From assembly GCA_035221665.1 (NCBI GenBank), contig CM069134.1, positions 86,924,001-86,988,000 of the forward strand: a stretch of 64,000 nt of DNA. The letters are read 5' to 3'. The notes beneath the pieces are model-generated. The model made no database searches. It saw only the letters and a program-made list of their open reading frames with translations, and was not told where the DNA came from. Both the position numbers and the translations under genes were made by a program. Positions 1 through 11,123 of this stretch are shown in pieces. The number at the start of each line of letters is the position of its first letter. The first letter of the stretch is position 1. Source of the stretch: Okamejei kenojei. Its lineage: Eukaryota.

Positions 1-378
1 ATAGATAAGTGACGGTCGGGTCAGGACCCTTCTTCAGACTGATTGCAGGGGTGGGGCGGGAACGAAAGCGGGAAAAGAGGAGAGGCATGAGATAGCATGG
101 CTGGTAATAGGTGAACACAGGCAAGGGGTTTTTTTAGATAAGCAGATTATTGGACAAAGTTTCACTTATTACCTATTAAATAATAATAGTAAATATTAAA
201 TGTTAACCTATTACTGGCTGTACAGCTTTTTTCCCACCCCCCTGCAATAAGTCTGAAGAAGGATCCTGACTGGAAACATCACCTATCCATGTTCTCCAGA
301 GATGCTGTCCAACATACTGAGTTACTCCTGCAATTTGTTTCTTTCTTTGGTATAAACCAACATCTGCCGTTCCTTGTT
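1..378. mobile_element. Penelope-derived terminal-repeat fold-back element, left arm cut by window edge
   Basis: Minus-strand arm GTGACGGTCGGGTCAGGACCCTTCTTCAGACT (9-40) and plus-strand arm GTCTGAAGAAGGATCCTGACTGGAAACATCACC...CATCTGCCGTTCCTTG (250-376). Same repeat as the 3' end of the GIY-YIG Penelope fragment at 34419-34547. Confidence 0.7.
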
Positions 379-384
379 ATTGCA

Positions 385-620
385 TTTGACTGTTAAAATT
401 CCTTGGTGTTTTCACTCCTCCTGCCCGTTCAAACTTGCTACAAACCCTCCAGTGATCCCAGTGCTCAGCTTTCTGGCTGATGATACTCACCTACCTTCCA
501 TCAGGTCATTAGTGGCGACTGTGACCTCAGCTGCCTGAGCACTGATTTCCTGTATCTCCTCCCCAACTCTGTGTGTCTCCCTCTCCCTGTGCTCCTGTAA
601 GTCACGCCATCAAATAAAAA
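385..620 (+). mobile_element. Old L2-like LINE 3' remnant
   Basis: Degenerate similarity to the chondrichthyan L2 3' region (TTAAAATTC...GTGGCGACTGTGACCTCAGCTGCCTGAGC...CTCCTCCCC). Related to 15480-15740 and to minus-strand copies at 3420-3725, 12590-13110 and 24830-25180. Confidence 0.4.
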
Positions 621-1064
621 CTTTAAAGAACATCATATGACTCTGGACCACAGGAGATCAAGCTTTAACCAAGCTAGTGGCAAAATCTCGTTAAGTAGTT
701 AGGTGTTAATATTTGTTAACGAGGAACTTTGGGGCCTATTACTGCAATGTACAGTAAGTTGTTGTTCATATGACATACAATGACAGCACACTCCATACAG
801 GCAAACAACACGTTGTATGTTCTTACCTTGAAATTCACCGCAAGTTTTGAATTTGCAATGGACTTTCAGACAGAAATAACGAACATGTAGACATACAGGC
901 CTAGAAATTGTGTTCTACAAGGCGAGACCTATTAAACAGGCAGTAGACAGCAGGCCAGAATACTTTTGTGCACAACCCCGAGAACATGTCCACCATGTGG
1001 AGTGTTTTCAGGCCTTTAGGTTTGCCTGGATTCAGCAAGATTCAAACTTGTCTGTGGAAAACAA

Positions 1065-1745
1065 TTGAGATGAGTATTGTGTGCATTTCTGGTTGCCTCG
1101 TTATAGGAAGGATATGGTTGAGATGGTGGGAATGCAGAGGAGATTCACCAGGATGTTACTTGGATTGGAGGACTTTGGTTGTGGAGATAGTTTGGATCGG
1201 AGGGGCTTGTTTTCCCTGGAGCACAGGAGTCTGAGGTGCGTAAGATAGAAGTGCATAAAGAGTCGATAGATAGGGTAGGGAGTCAAAATAATTTCCCCAC
1301 GATAGGAGAATCAAAATCAAGCGTAGCTTTGAGGTGATAGAAAGTAGTGCTAAAGGGGATCTGAAGGGAAAGCATTTTACACAGAGTAGTTGATATCTGG
1401 AACTCGGTAGAGGAGATGATGGAATCAGTTACAATCACTATGTTGACGTGACATTTAAACAGACAATTGAATGCGCACGGTACAGTAGGATATGGAGGCA
1501 CAGGAGACTGCAGATGCTGGAATCTTGAGCAAAAGACAAAGTGCTGGAGGAACTCAATAGGTTGGGCAGCATCTGGGGAGGGACTGGCAAGGTGGTGTTT
1601 TGGGTCGGGACCTTTTTTCAAACTGGAAAGATTTGGACCTAATGCGGGCAAATAGGATTAGTGTAAATGGGCACAAAGGTTCGATATGGATGTGGTGAAT
1701 TGAAGGGGCCGTTGCTGTGATGTGCAATCCGTGACTTTATGAGTA
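1065..1745 (+). mobile_element. Old CR1 LINE 3' fragment interrupted by a Penelope-derived repeat (about 1496-1628)
   Basis: Degenerate CR1 RT C-terminus (GCAGAGGAGATTCACCAGGATGTTAC = QRRFTRML; TTTTACACAGAGTAGTTGATATCTGGAACTC = FTQRVV.IWNS) followed by the CR1 3' UTR. Confidence 0.75.
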
Positions 1746-1761
1746 AGGGTGCAGAATTCAT

Positions 1762-1945
1762 GCTGACAATTCAGTGCAGAACAAAAGGAGTGCTGCACCA
1801 TCAGAGGTAGCTTCCATTGCATGTGATATCAAACCAGACCATCATCTGCTGTCTCAAGCAGCTAAAATAAGGTGCCACAACAAGGTTTTGCCTATTTCTA
1901 CCCAGTTTACTGGACAATATTTATTTCCCCCTCCCCAGCAGACAA
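1762..1945 (+). mobile_element. Deu-domain SINE (SacSINE1/AmnSINE1-like) relic
   Basis: GCTGACAATTCAGTGCAGAACAAAAGGAGTGCTGCACCATCAGAGG...GGACAATATTTAT matches the Deu core, which is also seen at 9570-9880. Confidence 0.55.
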
Positions 1946-2371
1946 ATTGCCTTGTCTGGTCATGTTTTCATTAGTGTTCATATGTGCAGGGTTAAGTCAT
2001 TAGACTTACCTCCTTTGATGGGACAGTCATGGTTTTCTCATAGAATCATAGTTGTCAAGCACAGAAACAGGCCCTTCAGCCCACTGTGTCCATGTATGTT
2101 TTACTTATCCACACTATTGCCATTTACCCTCATTAGAACCACAGCGTACTATGCCTTGGAATTTTGGATTGGCATCAGGTGGAAAGTGCACACATCAAAG
2201 TTAATTTCTCCTCATTTCCAGTTAATGTGGAACTGGAGCTCCGGCCAGTTGCTCATTAAAACACAATGAGGTTTGAGTGAAAGCAAAGGAAGTGTTCCCT
2301 TGCTTGGTACAGTTCCCCTTGTCATGTGAGGCCAATAAAATAATTTTGACGGAACAATAGGTCCTAATTCA

Positions 2372-2778
2372 GTATGTGTGGGAAGCACTGCAGCTGTTGG
2401 TTTACACCGAAGATAGACACAAAATGCTGGAGAAACTCAGTGGATCAGGTAGCATCACTTGAAAAAGGAATATGTGATGTTTTGGGTCGAGACAGGTCTG
2501 ATGAAGGGTCTTGACCCAAAACATCACCAATTCCTTTTCTGCAGAGATGCTGCCTGACCCCCTGAGTTACTCCAGCATTTTGTGTTCCAACCTAGGTCCT
2601 AAATCATCTGTGGAGGGAAATGGACAGATGTTGCTTCGGGTCGGGACCCTTATTCAGACTGGCCTGAAACGTCACCTGCCCAATTCCCGCTGCACAGATG
2701 CTGTGTGAACTGTTGTGTTCCTGCAGCAGTTTGTATTTCGTGCTCAAGACTCCAGCATCTGCAATCCTCGTATTCCCC
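2372..2778. mobile_element. Two adjacent Penelope-derived fold-back elements
   Basis: Each element is an imperfect palindrome of the ...GATGCTGCCTGACC...CTCCAGCA... repeat. The target motif (T)AGGTCCTAnnTCA recurs at 2358-2371, 2593-2606 and 2779-2791. Confidence 0.75.
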
Positions 2779-2852
2779 AGGTCCTACTTCATCTTTTACA
2801 TCATCTCCCTTCCTTTGTATGGAGGTCTAGTAGGTGAAGGAGTTACATGATC

Positions 2853-2854
<2 letters not shown>

Positions 2855-2894
<40 letters not shown>
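2855..2894. repeat. (GA)20 microsatellite
   Basis: Directly visible perfect GA tract. Confidence 0.95.
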
Positions 2895-2897
<3 letters not shown>

Positions 2898-4796
2898 GGC
2901 GAGGATGGAGATCAGGCGTGACTTTCATTTTGGAAGTGATACCCCCACTGTGCTGACCTCGCTCCTTGTGCTATGATTGGTTCAGTGTTAAAGTTGATTT
3001 GCTGCCAATCATGTGTGAGACACATTCTGCCCTTGAATTTTTGCCCGGCTGCTTAGGGAAAGAGAACAGATGGAAATTGATTATTTTATTCTTTCTTTTG
3101 GACATGCAACATTATATAAAAATATTAGTGGAATAAAATGGTGGTTGTTGGTCCTTGAAAAGGTTGTGGCTACACGTTCCTTCAGTCTAAGTGTTCTATT
3201 AATCCAGTTTAACCTCAATGTGGGATGTTTCATTTTAAACTGAGCCAGCGCATAATGCTGCTTATTTGTACAGCAGCTATACTCTACTAAAATGCACTGC
3301 TTCTCAGATTCACCATCAGTCAGAATTTGCTTCCGAGTCACGTATTAGGACAGACAACCAAACATTAGGGCAAATGGGCAGCTTTCAATGAGTGGAAGCA
3401 GAAATAAGGAAGCAGATTGGTTTTAGGAGGGAAATCTTGGTGCTGAAGCCACTGTCACCAGTGGTGGAATAATTAAGGTGAGGGGTGATCAAGATGCCAG
3501 AATTGAGAGGAGTACAGAGATCGCAGAGGTCCGTGGAGTTTAAGGAGATTATTGAGGTAGAAGGGATCAGGACCACCGACCAAATTGTAAATAAGGCTAA
3601 AAATTATGATCTTGTTTAACAGAGAGCCAAGTAGGCAAGCAAGCACAGGGGTGATGGATGAGAGACATGCAGTGCTAATTGAGTTTACAAGTTTGCAGAG
3701 AGTAGAATGAGGAAAGGCATTGTAGAGCCCGTATTCCCCCTGGCCTACCTATGTTTACAATAGGTCGGTAATTGAATTACTGCTGGTACTACTGAATTCC
3801 TGAGAAAGGATTTCTGATATAAAAAAAGAACAGTATTCCTAATTCTGTGACAAAATACCTTTACTTGAGGTTGAGAGATTACTGTAATCTTAATGTAACT
3901 GCTGACACTGGGGTACCCTTCGCTCTCCCTCTCTACCCTTCCATTATAACTTATGATTGTCTCAGAGAGTTCAATCCACTGACAGTCCACTGAGGCGTGA
4001 CGTATGGTGACTGACTAGGTCACCTCTCCCTGACTACGGGAGCACTGGCAGCAAGAAGATCTTACCTTCAAGGTAAAAGCTCACTGCCATAAACAATTGC
4101 TCGTTTTCCCTTTGATCTAAGACTAGGTTTCACATTCTCTCCACACACCCAAACCCCGACCCCAACCTTGCCTGAGCGAGCAGACTGCACCTCCTTTTCC
4201 CACTCGTGACTGTGTCTATTTCATATTTCTGGAAGGCACTTGAATTGTTAGTGCATAGTCATCCGTTTATTAATAATGATTAATTCAGAAGAATCCAATG
4301 CATGAATGGCCTTGCTTTCTTGGGAACTCTCTGGGAATTTCAGCCCATTCTGGATGGTGAGATCTGCAGTCGTCACTAAAACCCCTTTGCCTCACTCAGA
4401 GCCTCTTGTGCATACGTGACTACGTGATGTTATGGCCACATATGTTCCTCCTTGTAGCTTGAGGCTGGAAAGATCTCTCCATGCAAGAGATGGTGGGACT
4501 GATTCTCCCAGAGAAGGAGCCTGCAACGCGTGCGATATGAGTTTGTAGCTTAACCCCCTTTTCGTGTAAACCTTGCTAAAGGAGTTGAATGCAGCACTGG
4601 GAAGTTGCTTGCAATTGCTCAGTCATTACCAAGGCAATTTAACCTAATGTTCTCTTCCAACAGTGACCAGCTGGTTGAGAGCAAACCGGTTTTGCAGAGG
4701 ATTTTGACTGCTATTTGAAAGAATATCACTTTTTAACCTGCTTAAAGCAGTTGGATATTTAAAGAGGGCAGTTGAAACAATTAGATAGGCCTTCTG

Positions 4797-4990
4797 GTGT
4801 AGGAGGAATTGCAGATGCTGGTTTAAACCGAAGATAGACACAGAGATGTAACTCAGCGGGTCAGGCCGCATCTCTGGAGAAAAGGAATAGGTGATGTTTC
4901 AGGTCTGAAGAAGGGTCTCAGCCCGAAACATCACTTATTCCTTTTCTCCAGAGATGCTGCCCGACCTGCTGAGTAACTCCTTTATCTTTG
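4797..4990. mobile_element. Penelope-derived fold-back element with hammerhead-like core
   Basis: Inverted arms flank GGT-CTGAAGA-AGGGTCTCAGCCC-GAAA-CATC-ACT (4902-4935). Confidence 0.75.
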
Positions 4991-5230
4991 AGATGGACTT
5001 GCTGGGACAGTCTATCAAGCCATGACCCACACTTGATTAACACTTGTTAAAGAGCCCCCAGCTTCATCTCATAAGAGGGTGAGCTATATTACTCTTTCTT
5101 ATTGGGGCCCTGGTGGGGCAGCCTGAAGAAATGGAACATAAGAAAAGAGGTGTAGGACTAGCCTATCCATCCCCTCAAGCTTGCCCCCTCAATTCAATAT
5201 TTCCATGCCTGATCTGCCTCAGATCTGATG

Positions 5231-5415
5231 GAAACGGAAACGGAAACATAGACAATAGGTGCAAGAGTAGGCCATTCGGCCCATCATGCCAGCACCGCCA
5301 TTCAATATGATCATGGCTGATTATCCAAAATCAGTACCCCGTTCCTGCTTTCTCCCCATATCCCTTGATTCCGTTAGCCCTAAGAGCTATATCTAACTCT
5401 CTCTTGAATACATCT
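5231..5415 (-). mobile_element. CR1 3' tail (short, 5'-truncated)
   Basis: ATAGACAATAGGTGCAAGAGTAGGCCATTCGGCCC...TCAGTACCCCGTTCCTGC is the reverse complement of the CR1 stop codon and 3' UTR. Confidence 0.85.
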
Positions 5416-5507
5416 CTAGAATTATCTCCTCTTCTGTGCCAGTCCTCCAAATCCTTGCCCTTACAATGGACAGGGATGCCTTACTGTACGTCCCCCTGAG
5501 CCTGGAA

Positions 5508-5958
5508 CAATAGGCAATAGACAATATATGCAGGAGTAGGCCATTCGGCCATTCGAGCCAGCACCGCCATTCAACATGATCATGGCTGATCATCCCCAAT
5601 CAGTACCCCGTTCCTGCCTTCTCCCCATATCCCCCGACTCCGCTATCTTTAAGAGCCCTATCTAGCTCTCTCTTGAAAGTATCCAGAGAACCAGCCTCCA
5701 CCGCCATCTGAGGCTGAGAATTCCACAGACTCACAACTCTCTGTGAGAAAAAGTGTTTCCTCATTTCCGTTCTAAATGGCTTACCTCTTATTCTTAAACT
5801 GTGGCCCCTGCTTCTGGTCTCCCCCAACATCAGGAACATGTTTCCTGCCTCTTTCGTGTCCAAACCCTTAATAATCTTATATGTTTCAATAAGTTCCGCT
5901 CTCATCCTTCTAAACTCCAGAGTATACATGCCCAGCCGCTCCATTCTCTCAGCATATG
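5508..5958 (-). mobile_element. CR1 3' fragment (RT C-terminus and 3' UTR)
   Basis: ORF 5600-5977 reads YAERMERLGMYTLEFRRMR...FFSQRVVSLWNS...GYGEKAGTGY. Confidence 0.9.
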
Positions 5959-6059
5959 GAAGAGATGTCCTTGCCAAGATTCCTTCTGCAGTGGTATTAA
6001 CAGCCCATGTTTCTCTTCACGATTGCCCTGGCTAATATTTACTCTTCAGGTAACACATA

Positions 6060-6230
6060 ACACCTCTCGTTATCCAGTTATTTTCTCAGTGCTGTGTGTG
6101 GAATCTTGCTGTGTGCAAATTGGCTGCTGTATTTCCTATATTATGAAACAGATCAGACCTCAACATGTCCTTCAATTACTGTAAAATGCATTGGGACTTA
6201 CAGAAAATCTTCAAGAATGCAGTGCTTAAT
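6060..6230 (+). mobile_element. Deu-domain SINE 3' part relic
   Basis: TGCTGTGTGTGGAATCTTGCTGTGTGCAAATTGGCTGCTGTATTTCCTA is characteristic of the SacSINE1/AmnSINE1 body and tail. Confidence 0.6.
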
Positions 6231-6239
6231 CTCTTAAAC

Positions 6240-6663
6240 ATTTATTTGTTCATGGACGTTGATGACACACTGTCTGTATTTTATTGGCCATCCTTAATTC
6301 CCCTGAAATGAGCGGGCAGTGATGAGTCAACCATATTATAGGGCTGAGAGGCACATATAGTCAAGTCAAGAGTGTTTCATGGTCACATGTCCCGAAATGG
6401 AACAATGAGATTCTTACTGGAATTCCTAAAAGACCTTGCTTTCCTAGGAATGGTTTCCTAGGAAACTATTGCTTTCTTTAAGACAAGTCGGTGGTTTTAT
6501 TGTTGCCGTTACTGAGATCGGTTTAATTTACTTTTGCATTTAACTTTCAGATTTATTTAATTATCGGTAGTTTGATTTAAATCCCCAACTGCAGTGGTAG
6601 GATTTAAACTCTTGTCTCTGGATCATTGGTCTAGAACTCTCTGGCTGCTACTCCAGTAATCAC
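6240..6663 (-). mobile_element. Ancient SINE-like dispersed repeat (unnamed), with a short internal insertion of a GTCAAG/TGTCACATG tail
   Basis: Related degenerate copies lie at about 52060-52290 (+) and 57640-57890 (-). The family was not identified. Confidence 0.4.
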
Positions 6664-6767
6664 GAAAGGAAAACAATTGCAGATACTGGGGAGTTGAAAC
6701 AAAACCAGCACATTTATAAAAATCCTGATCTGTCTCAGACCTCATCTCCTCTTCTCTGCCAGTTCCC

Positions 6768-7838
6768 AAGAGTAGGAGTAAACGGGTCCTTTTCACAATG
6801 GCAGGCAGTAACTAGTGGGGTACCGCAGGGCTCAGTGCTGGGACCCCAGCTATTTACAATATATATTAATGATCTGGATGAGGGAATTGAAGGCAATATC
6901 TCCAAGTTTGCGGATGACACTAAGCTGGGGGGCAGTGTTCGCTGTGAGGAGGATGCTAGGAGACTGCAAGGTGACTTGGATAGGCTGGGTGAGTGGGCAA
7001 ATGTTTGGCAGATGCAGTATAATGTGGATAAATGTGAGGTTATCCACTTTGGTGGCAAAAACAGGAAAGCAGACTATTATTTAAATGGTGGCCGATTAGG
7101 AAAAGGGGAGATGCAGCGAGACCTGGGTGTCATGGTACCCCAGTCATTGAAAGTAGGCATGCAGGTGCAGCAGGCAGTGAAAAAAGCAAATGGTATGTTA
7201 GCTTTCATAGCAAAAGGATTTGAGTACAGGAGCAGGGAGGTTCTACTTCAGTTGTACAGGGTCTTGGTGAGACCACACCTGGAGTATTGCGTACAGTTTT
7301 GGTCTCCAAATCTGAGGAAGGACATTATTGCCATAGAGGGAGTGCAGAGAAGGTTCACCAGACTGATTCCTGGGATGTCAGGACTGTCTTATGAAGAAAG
7401 ACTGGATAGACTCGGTTTATACTCTCTGGAATTTAGGAGATTGAGAGGGGATCTTATAGAAACTTACAAAATTCTTAAGGGGTTGGACAGGCTAGATGCA
7501 GGAAGATTGTTCCCGATGTTGGGGAAGTCCAGGACAAGGGGTCACAGCTTAAGGATAAGGGGGAAATCCTTTAAGACCGAGATGAGAAAGACTTTTTTCA
7601 CACAGAGAGTGGTGAGTCTCTGGAACTCTCTGCCACAGAGGGTAGTTGAGGCCAGTTCATTGGCTATATTTAAGAGTGAGTTGGATGTGGCCCTTGTGGC
7701 TAAGGGGATCAGAGGGTATGGAGAGAAGGCAGGTACGGGATACTGAGTTGGATGATCAGCCATGATCATATTGAATGGCGGTGCAGGCTCGAAGGGCTGA
7801 ATGGCCTACTCCTGCACCTAATTTCTATGTTTCTATGT
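6768..7838 (+). mobile_element. Young 5'-truncated CR1 LINE with an intact RT C-terminal reading frame
   Basis: Open frame to the stop at 7746: SGVPQGSVLGP, ISKFADD, YCVQFWSP, QRRFTRLIPG, FFTQRVVSLWNSLP. It has a (TTTCTATG)n tail and a possible TTCCC duplication at the ends. The first 25 or so codons of the listed ORF are flanking DNA. Confidence 0.95.
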
Positions 7839-7989
7839 TTCCCCTTAGCCTTCAAATCCTTAATTTTCCAAGGCCAAGGGATATCTTACTGCTATCCCAC
7901 TGATCCTCGAATAGGAATAAAAGGGGATTCCTTGCCAAGATTCCTTCTCCTATACCTCAAAATGCTTGACCTTCGTTCTGTACAAGGGT

Positions 7990-8400
7990 CAATGGTTCAA
8001 TGGTTTCTTTATTGTCACATGTACCAGGTACAGTGAAATACATCTCAGCAGGACTATCCCCGTGCAAAAGCACAATCGCCCCAGCCAGAACAGCCCACTG
8101 AGTCCATATGCAAGAGGGGCCATTTTGGCACCATATTACAGTCCCATCTGCAGCTGGCTACAAAGCCCATTGCAGCCGTCACCTCCATTTCAGTTATGCC
8201 GTTTTTCAGTTATGGAGTAATTCTCCACGCCTGGCCCTCCTCAGCCCTTGTTCCCGGGAGGGCGTGGACGGTAAGACTCCCCGGTTCTTCTTACTGGACC
8301 CCTTGTCCCATGTCCACTGCCATCGTTGTTGCTGTCGCTGTCTTCGTCTTCCTCCCACCTCCTCTCCCATCCTCGATGGGCACCATGCTTGGCCAAGGGA
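7990..8400 (-). mobile_element. SINE-like element with a TTTCACTGTACC-TGGTACATGTGACAATAAA tail
   Basis: The tail (TCAATGGT)2TTCTTTATTGTCACATGTACCAGGTACAGTGAAA is shared with about 46395-46455, 50690-50770, 52450-52550, 54620-54720, 60348-60890 and 61630-61800. Confidence 0.5.
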
Positions 8401-9569
8401 AGTTGACAGAATTCACATAACCAGAGACCATCCTGACCTTACTTATGAAAGTCCCTTGAATGTCCCCCAAAACAAAAACCTAATGGGAGTTTCAGCAATG
8501 ATTAATATCAGAGGCCATGGTTTTCCCTCACCATGCAACACCATAGTTGTGCCAATATAATGCAACTTCCTATGAAGCCTATGATTTTGCCTGATTAACT
8601 GTGGCTCCAAGGGTAGTGGTAGTGTTTCCCCTTGTGTCAAAGGATTAGTTTCACCTCCCATGCCTGGTACACATCTGGATGGAGGGAGTGTTGCAGTGGA
8701 GGAGTTGCTCTCATTCCAATGAGTCCTTTGCTGTCTCAAGTGGGTGTACAGGATGACAACAGCATTGACGATGAACATGAGAGTTCTCACTGGTGTCCCG
8801 CCAACATTTACTTCTCAACCAGCGAGGACGGAACACGGATTGTGTGGCCACCTTGTTACATTGCTGTCGGAGGAAGCTTATTGTAAGCAGCACTTTCCTG
8901 CTTTACCACAGGGCAAACTTCATTGGCTGCAAGCAGATTAGGCCTTGTGGCTGGAACATAAATTTATTTTATGAATCTCTCAATAACGGAGGCATTTCTT
9001 CACCCCACGAGGGAAAACAGTAGACATTCTACAGCTGGGTTTAAAATATAGTGGTAGCTTTCCCATGACATTTTAGTCTGCAGTATTTGAATGCTTGGGT
9101 GTATCACAGCAAAGGATTAACATCTGTGTTTAATTTGCCGATAGTGCAATGCCTTACCAATGTGACAAAGCCACTCGGACATGTAACAGCACCAGAGACT
9201 TTTTTTAATCTTAGTTACACGAATGCTGTCTGATACTTTCAGGGCATCTGATGGCTTGTGACAGAGTCTTCTGCAGTGGATGGGGTGAACAACATGAATG
9301 GGCAAAGTAAAAGATGTATCTTTTGTCACTGTGACTGAATAGCTTAACGTGTGATCACTCAATGTGTCACTGACTGCTGGATGGATCTCTTCCTATACCA
9401 GGTCAACTTAATCAGCACATGAGTCCTTCATCCTGCTACAGCGAGAGCCAGTCTGTTGCAATATCTTTATCATTAACCCTTTCCTTCTTGTGATTTTATT
9501 ATTTTGTCCTCTTTGCTATTAATTCAGGAGTTGCCTCTGAGGCAGCCGGCTAATGATTAAATGTTTGTG

Positions 9570-9880
9570 CACAACCACAAGGCTGCCATTCCCAGTGCAA
9601 CACTGAGGGAGTGCTGCACTCTCCGAGGTACGCCTGTCAGTGAAGATACTAATCTGTGGCCTGATCTCATAAACTATATCATGGAACAAGTTCAAAGAAG
9701 AGCAGGAGATTTCTCCACCCAGATCTTCGCCAATATTTATCTCGCAACCAAAATCTAAGAACACATATTTTGGTTGTTGCAATCATCTTCGTTATGGGAC
9801 CTTGCTCTGCATACATTTTTTTTGTACATTTCCTCAATGACTTAACTTCAAAATTATTCCTATGGCTGTGAAGCCTCAGG
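9570..9880 (+). mobile_element. Deu-domain SINE relic, most complete copy
   Basis: AGGCTGCCATTCCCAGTGCAACACTGAGGGAGTGCTGCACTCTCCGAGGT...AAGAAGAGCAGGAGATTTCTCC...GCCAATATTTATCTCGCAACCAA...CTTCAAAA...GGCTGTGAAGC. Confidence 0.65.
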
Positions 9881-9949
9881 TTTGTTTCCCATTCCTCACC
9901 CCCCCCCCCCCATTCTCCCCCATTTCCACTTTCCCCCATATTGTTGTGT

Positions 9950-10496
9950 AACCATATAACCATATAACCATATAACAATTACAGCACGGAAACAGGCCCT
10001 CTCGGCCCTTCCAGTCCGTGCCGACCATTTGTTTTCCCCTAGTCCCATCTACCTGCACTCAGACCATACCCCTCCATTCCCTTCACGTCCATATACCTAT
10101 CCACTTTACTTTTAAATGTTAAAATCGATCCTGCCTCCACCACTTCTGCTGGAAGCTCATTCCACACAGCCACCACCCTCTGAGTAAAGAAGTTCCCCCT
10201 CACGTTACCCCTAAACTTCTGTCCCTTAATTCTCTTGTTATGCCCTCTTGTTTGAATCTTCCCTACCCTCAATGGGAAAAGCTTATCCACGTCAACTCTG
10301 TCTATCCCTTTCATCATTTTAAAGACCTCAATCAAGTCCCCCCTTAACCTTCTGCGCTCCAAAAAATAAAGTCCTAACTTGTTCAACCTTTCTCTGTAAC
10401 ATAGTTGCTGGAACCCTGGCAACATTCTAGTAAATCTCCTCTGTACTCTCTCTATTTTGTTGACATTCCTCTGTACTCTCTCTATTTTGTTGACAT
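9950..10496 (-). mobile_element. CR1 3' fragment
   Basis: ORF 10039-10425 (RERLNKLGLYFLERRRLRGDLIEVFK...FFTQRVVAVWNELP), an (AACCATAT)n tail, and a 30-bp tandem duplication at the truncated 5' end (10437-10496). Confidence 0.92.
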
Positions 10497-10682
10497 ATTA
10501 TTTTATCACAAAATGACTCATATTGTAGCTTTAATTAGCATCAGAACGCCAAGCCCCACATGATCAGCACTTTTTTTATTTGGACTCTGTACAGATTAAC
10601 AACTACACTAAGTTTTCATTATCTGGTGGCTGATTATCCACAATGTGTGCTTTTACAAAGTTGGTTGTGGGCAGCCAGAGAC

Positions 10683-11000
10683 CAGAGTGTGAGTCAGTGT
10701 GATCGGAGCAGGGATCCAGAGTGTGGACTTGCTTTGCCAGAAGCAGATGTGGATTGGGTGTAGTCTGAGCCGGAGTCCGGAGTGTGGATTGTGGGTGATC
10801 AGTCAGGGTCCAGGGTACGGAGCAGGCATGATTGGAACCGGAGTGTGGACTGGTGCGGTTGGAGCAGGGTCCGGAATGTGGACCAGTATGGTTGGATCTG
10901 TGGGCCGGAGTGTGGAACAGGTGTGGATGGAGCTGAGATCCTGAGTGCGACCAGTGGGGGCTGGAGTCAGGATCTAGAGAGTGGACTGAATGTGGATTGG
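10683..11000. repeat. Degenerate minisatellite, about 33-35 bp unit, about 9 copies
   Basis: Recurrent C(A/G)GAGTGTGGA...TGGAGC(A/T)GGGTC units. Confidence 0.7.
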
Positions 11001-11123
11001 GTCTATGCCCCTTGTGATTTCATATACCTTTGCAAGGTCATCTTTTCAGCAATGAATCAGCTGCTGTTCAAGCTGTTTTATTTTTGTTACATTTTCTGTT
11101 ATCACTTTAGATGTACAGCTTTA

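Noticed and set aside
822-905. Possible minus-strand exon (CTAG acceptor, GTAAG donor)
   Set aside because: The polypyrimidine tract is weak and the open frame (PVCLHVRYFCLKVHCKFKTCGEFQ) is unrecognisable, so it cannot be supported.
6694-7746. 350-aa ORF as a host gene
   Set aside because: It is the 3' part of a CR1 ORF2. The apparent N-terminus is flanking sequence with a non-ATG start.
8632-8886. 84-aa acidic ORF
   Set aside because: There is no recognisable domain, and the 3' end runs into a Deu-SINE relic.
10437-10496. 30-bp perfect tandem duplication
   Set aside because: This is an ordinary 5'-junction duplication of a truncated CR1 with no sign of function.
10683-11000. CRISPR-like array
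   Set aside because: The units are degenerate along their whole length, there is no constant repeat with unique spacers, there are no cas genes, and the context is vertebrate.
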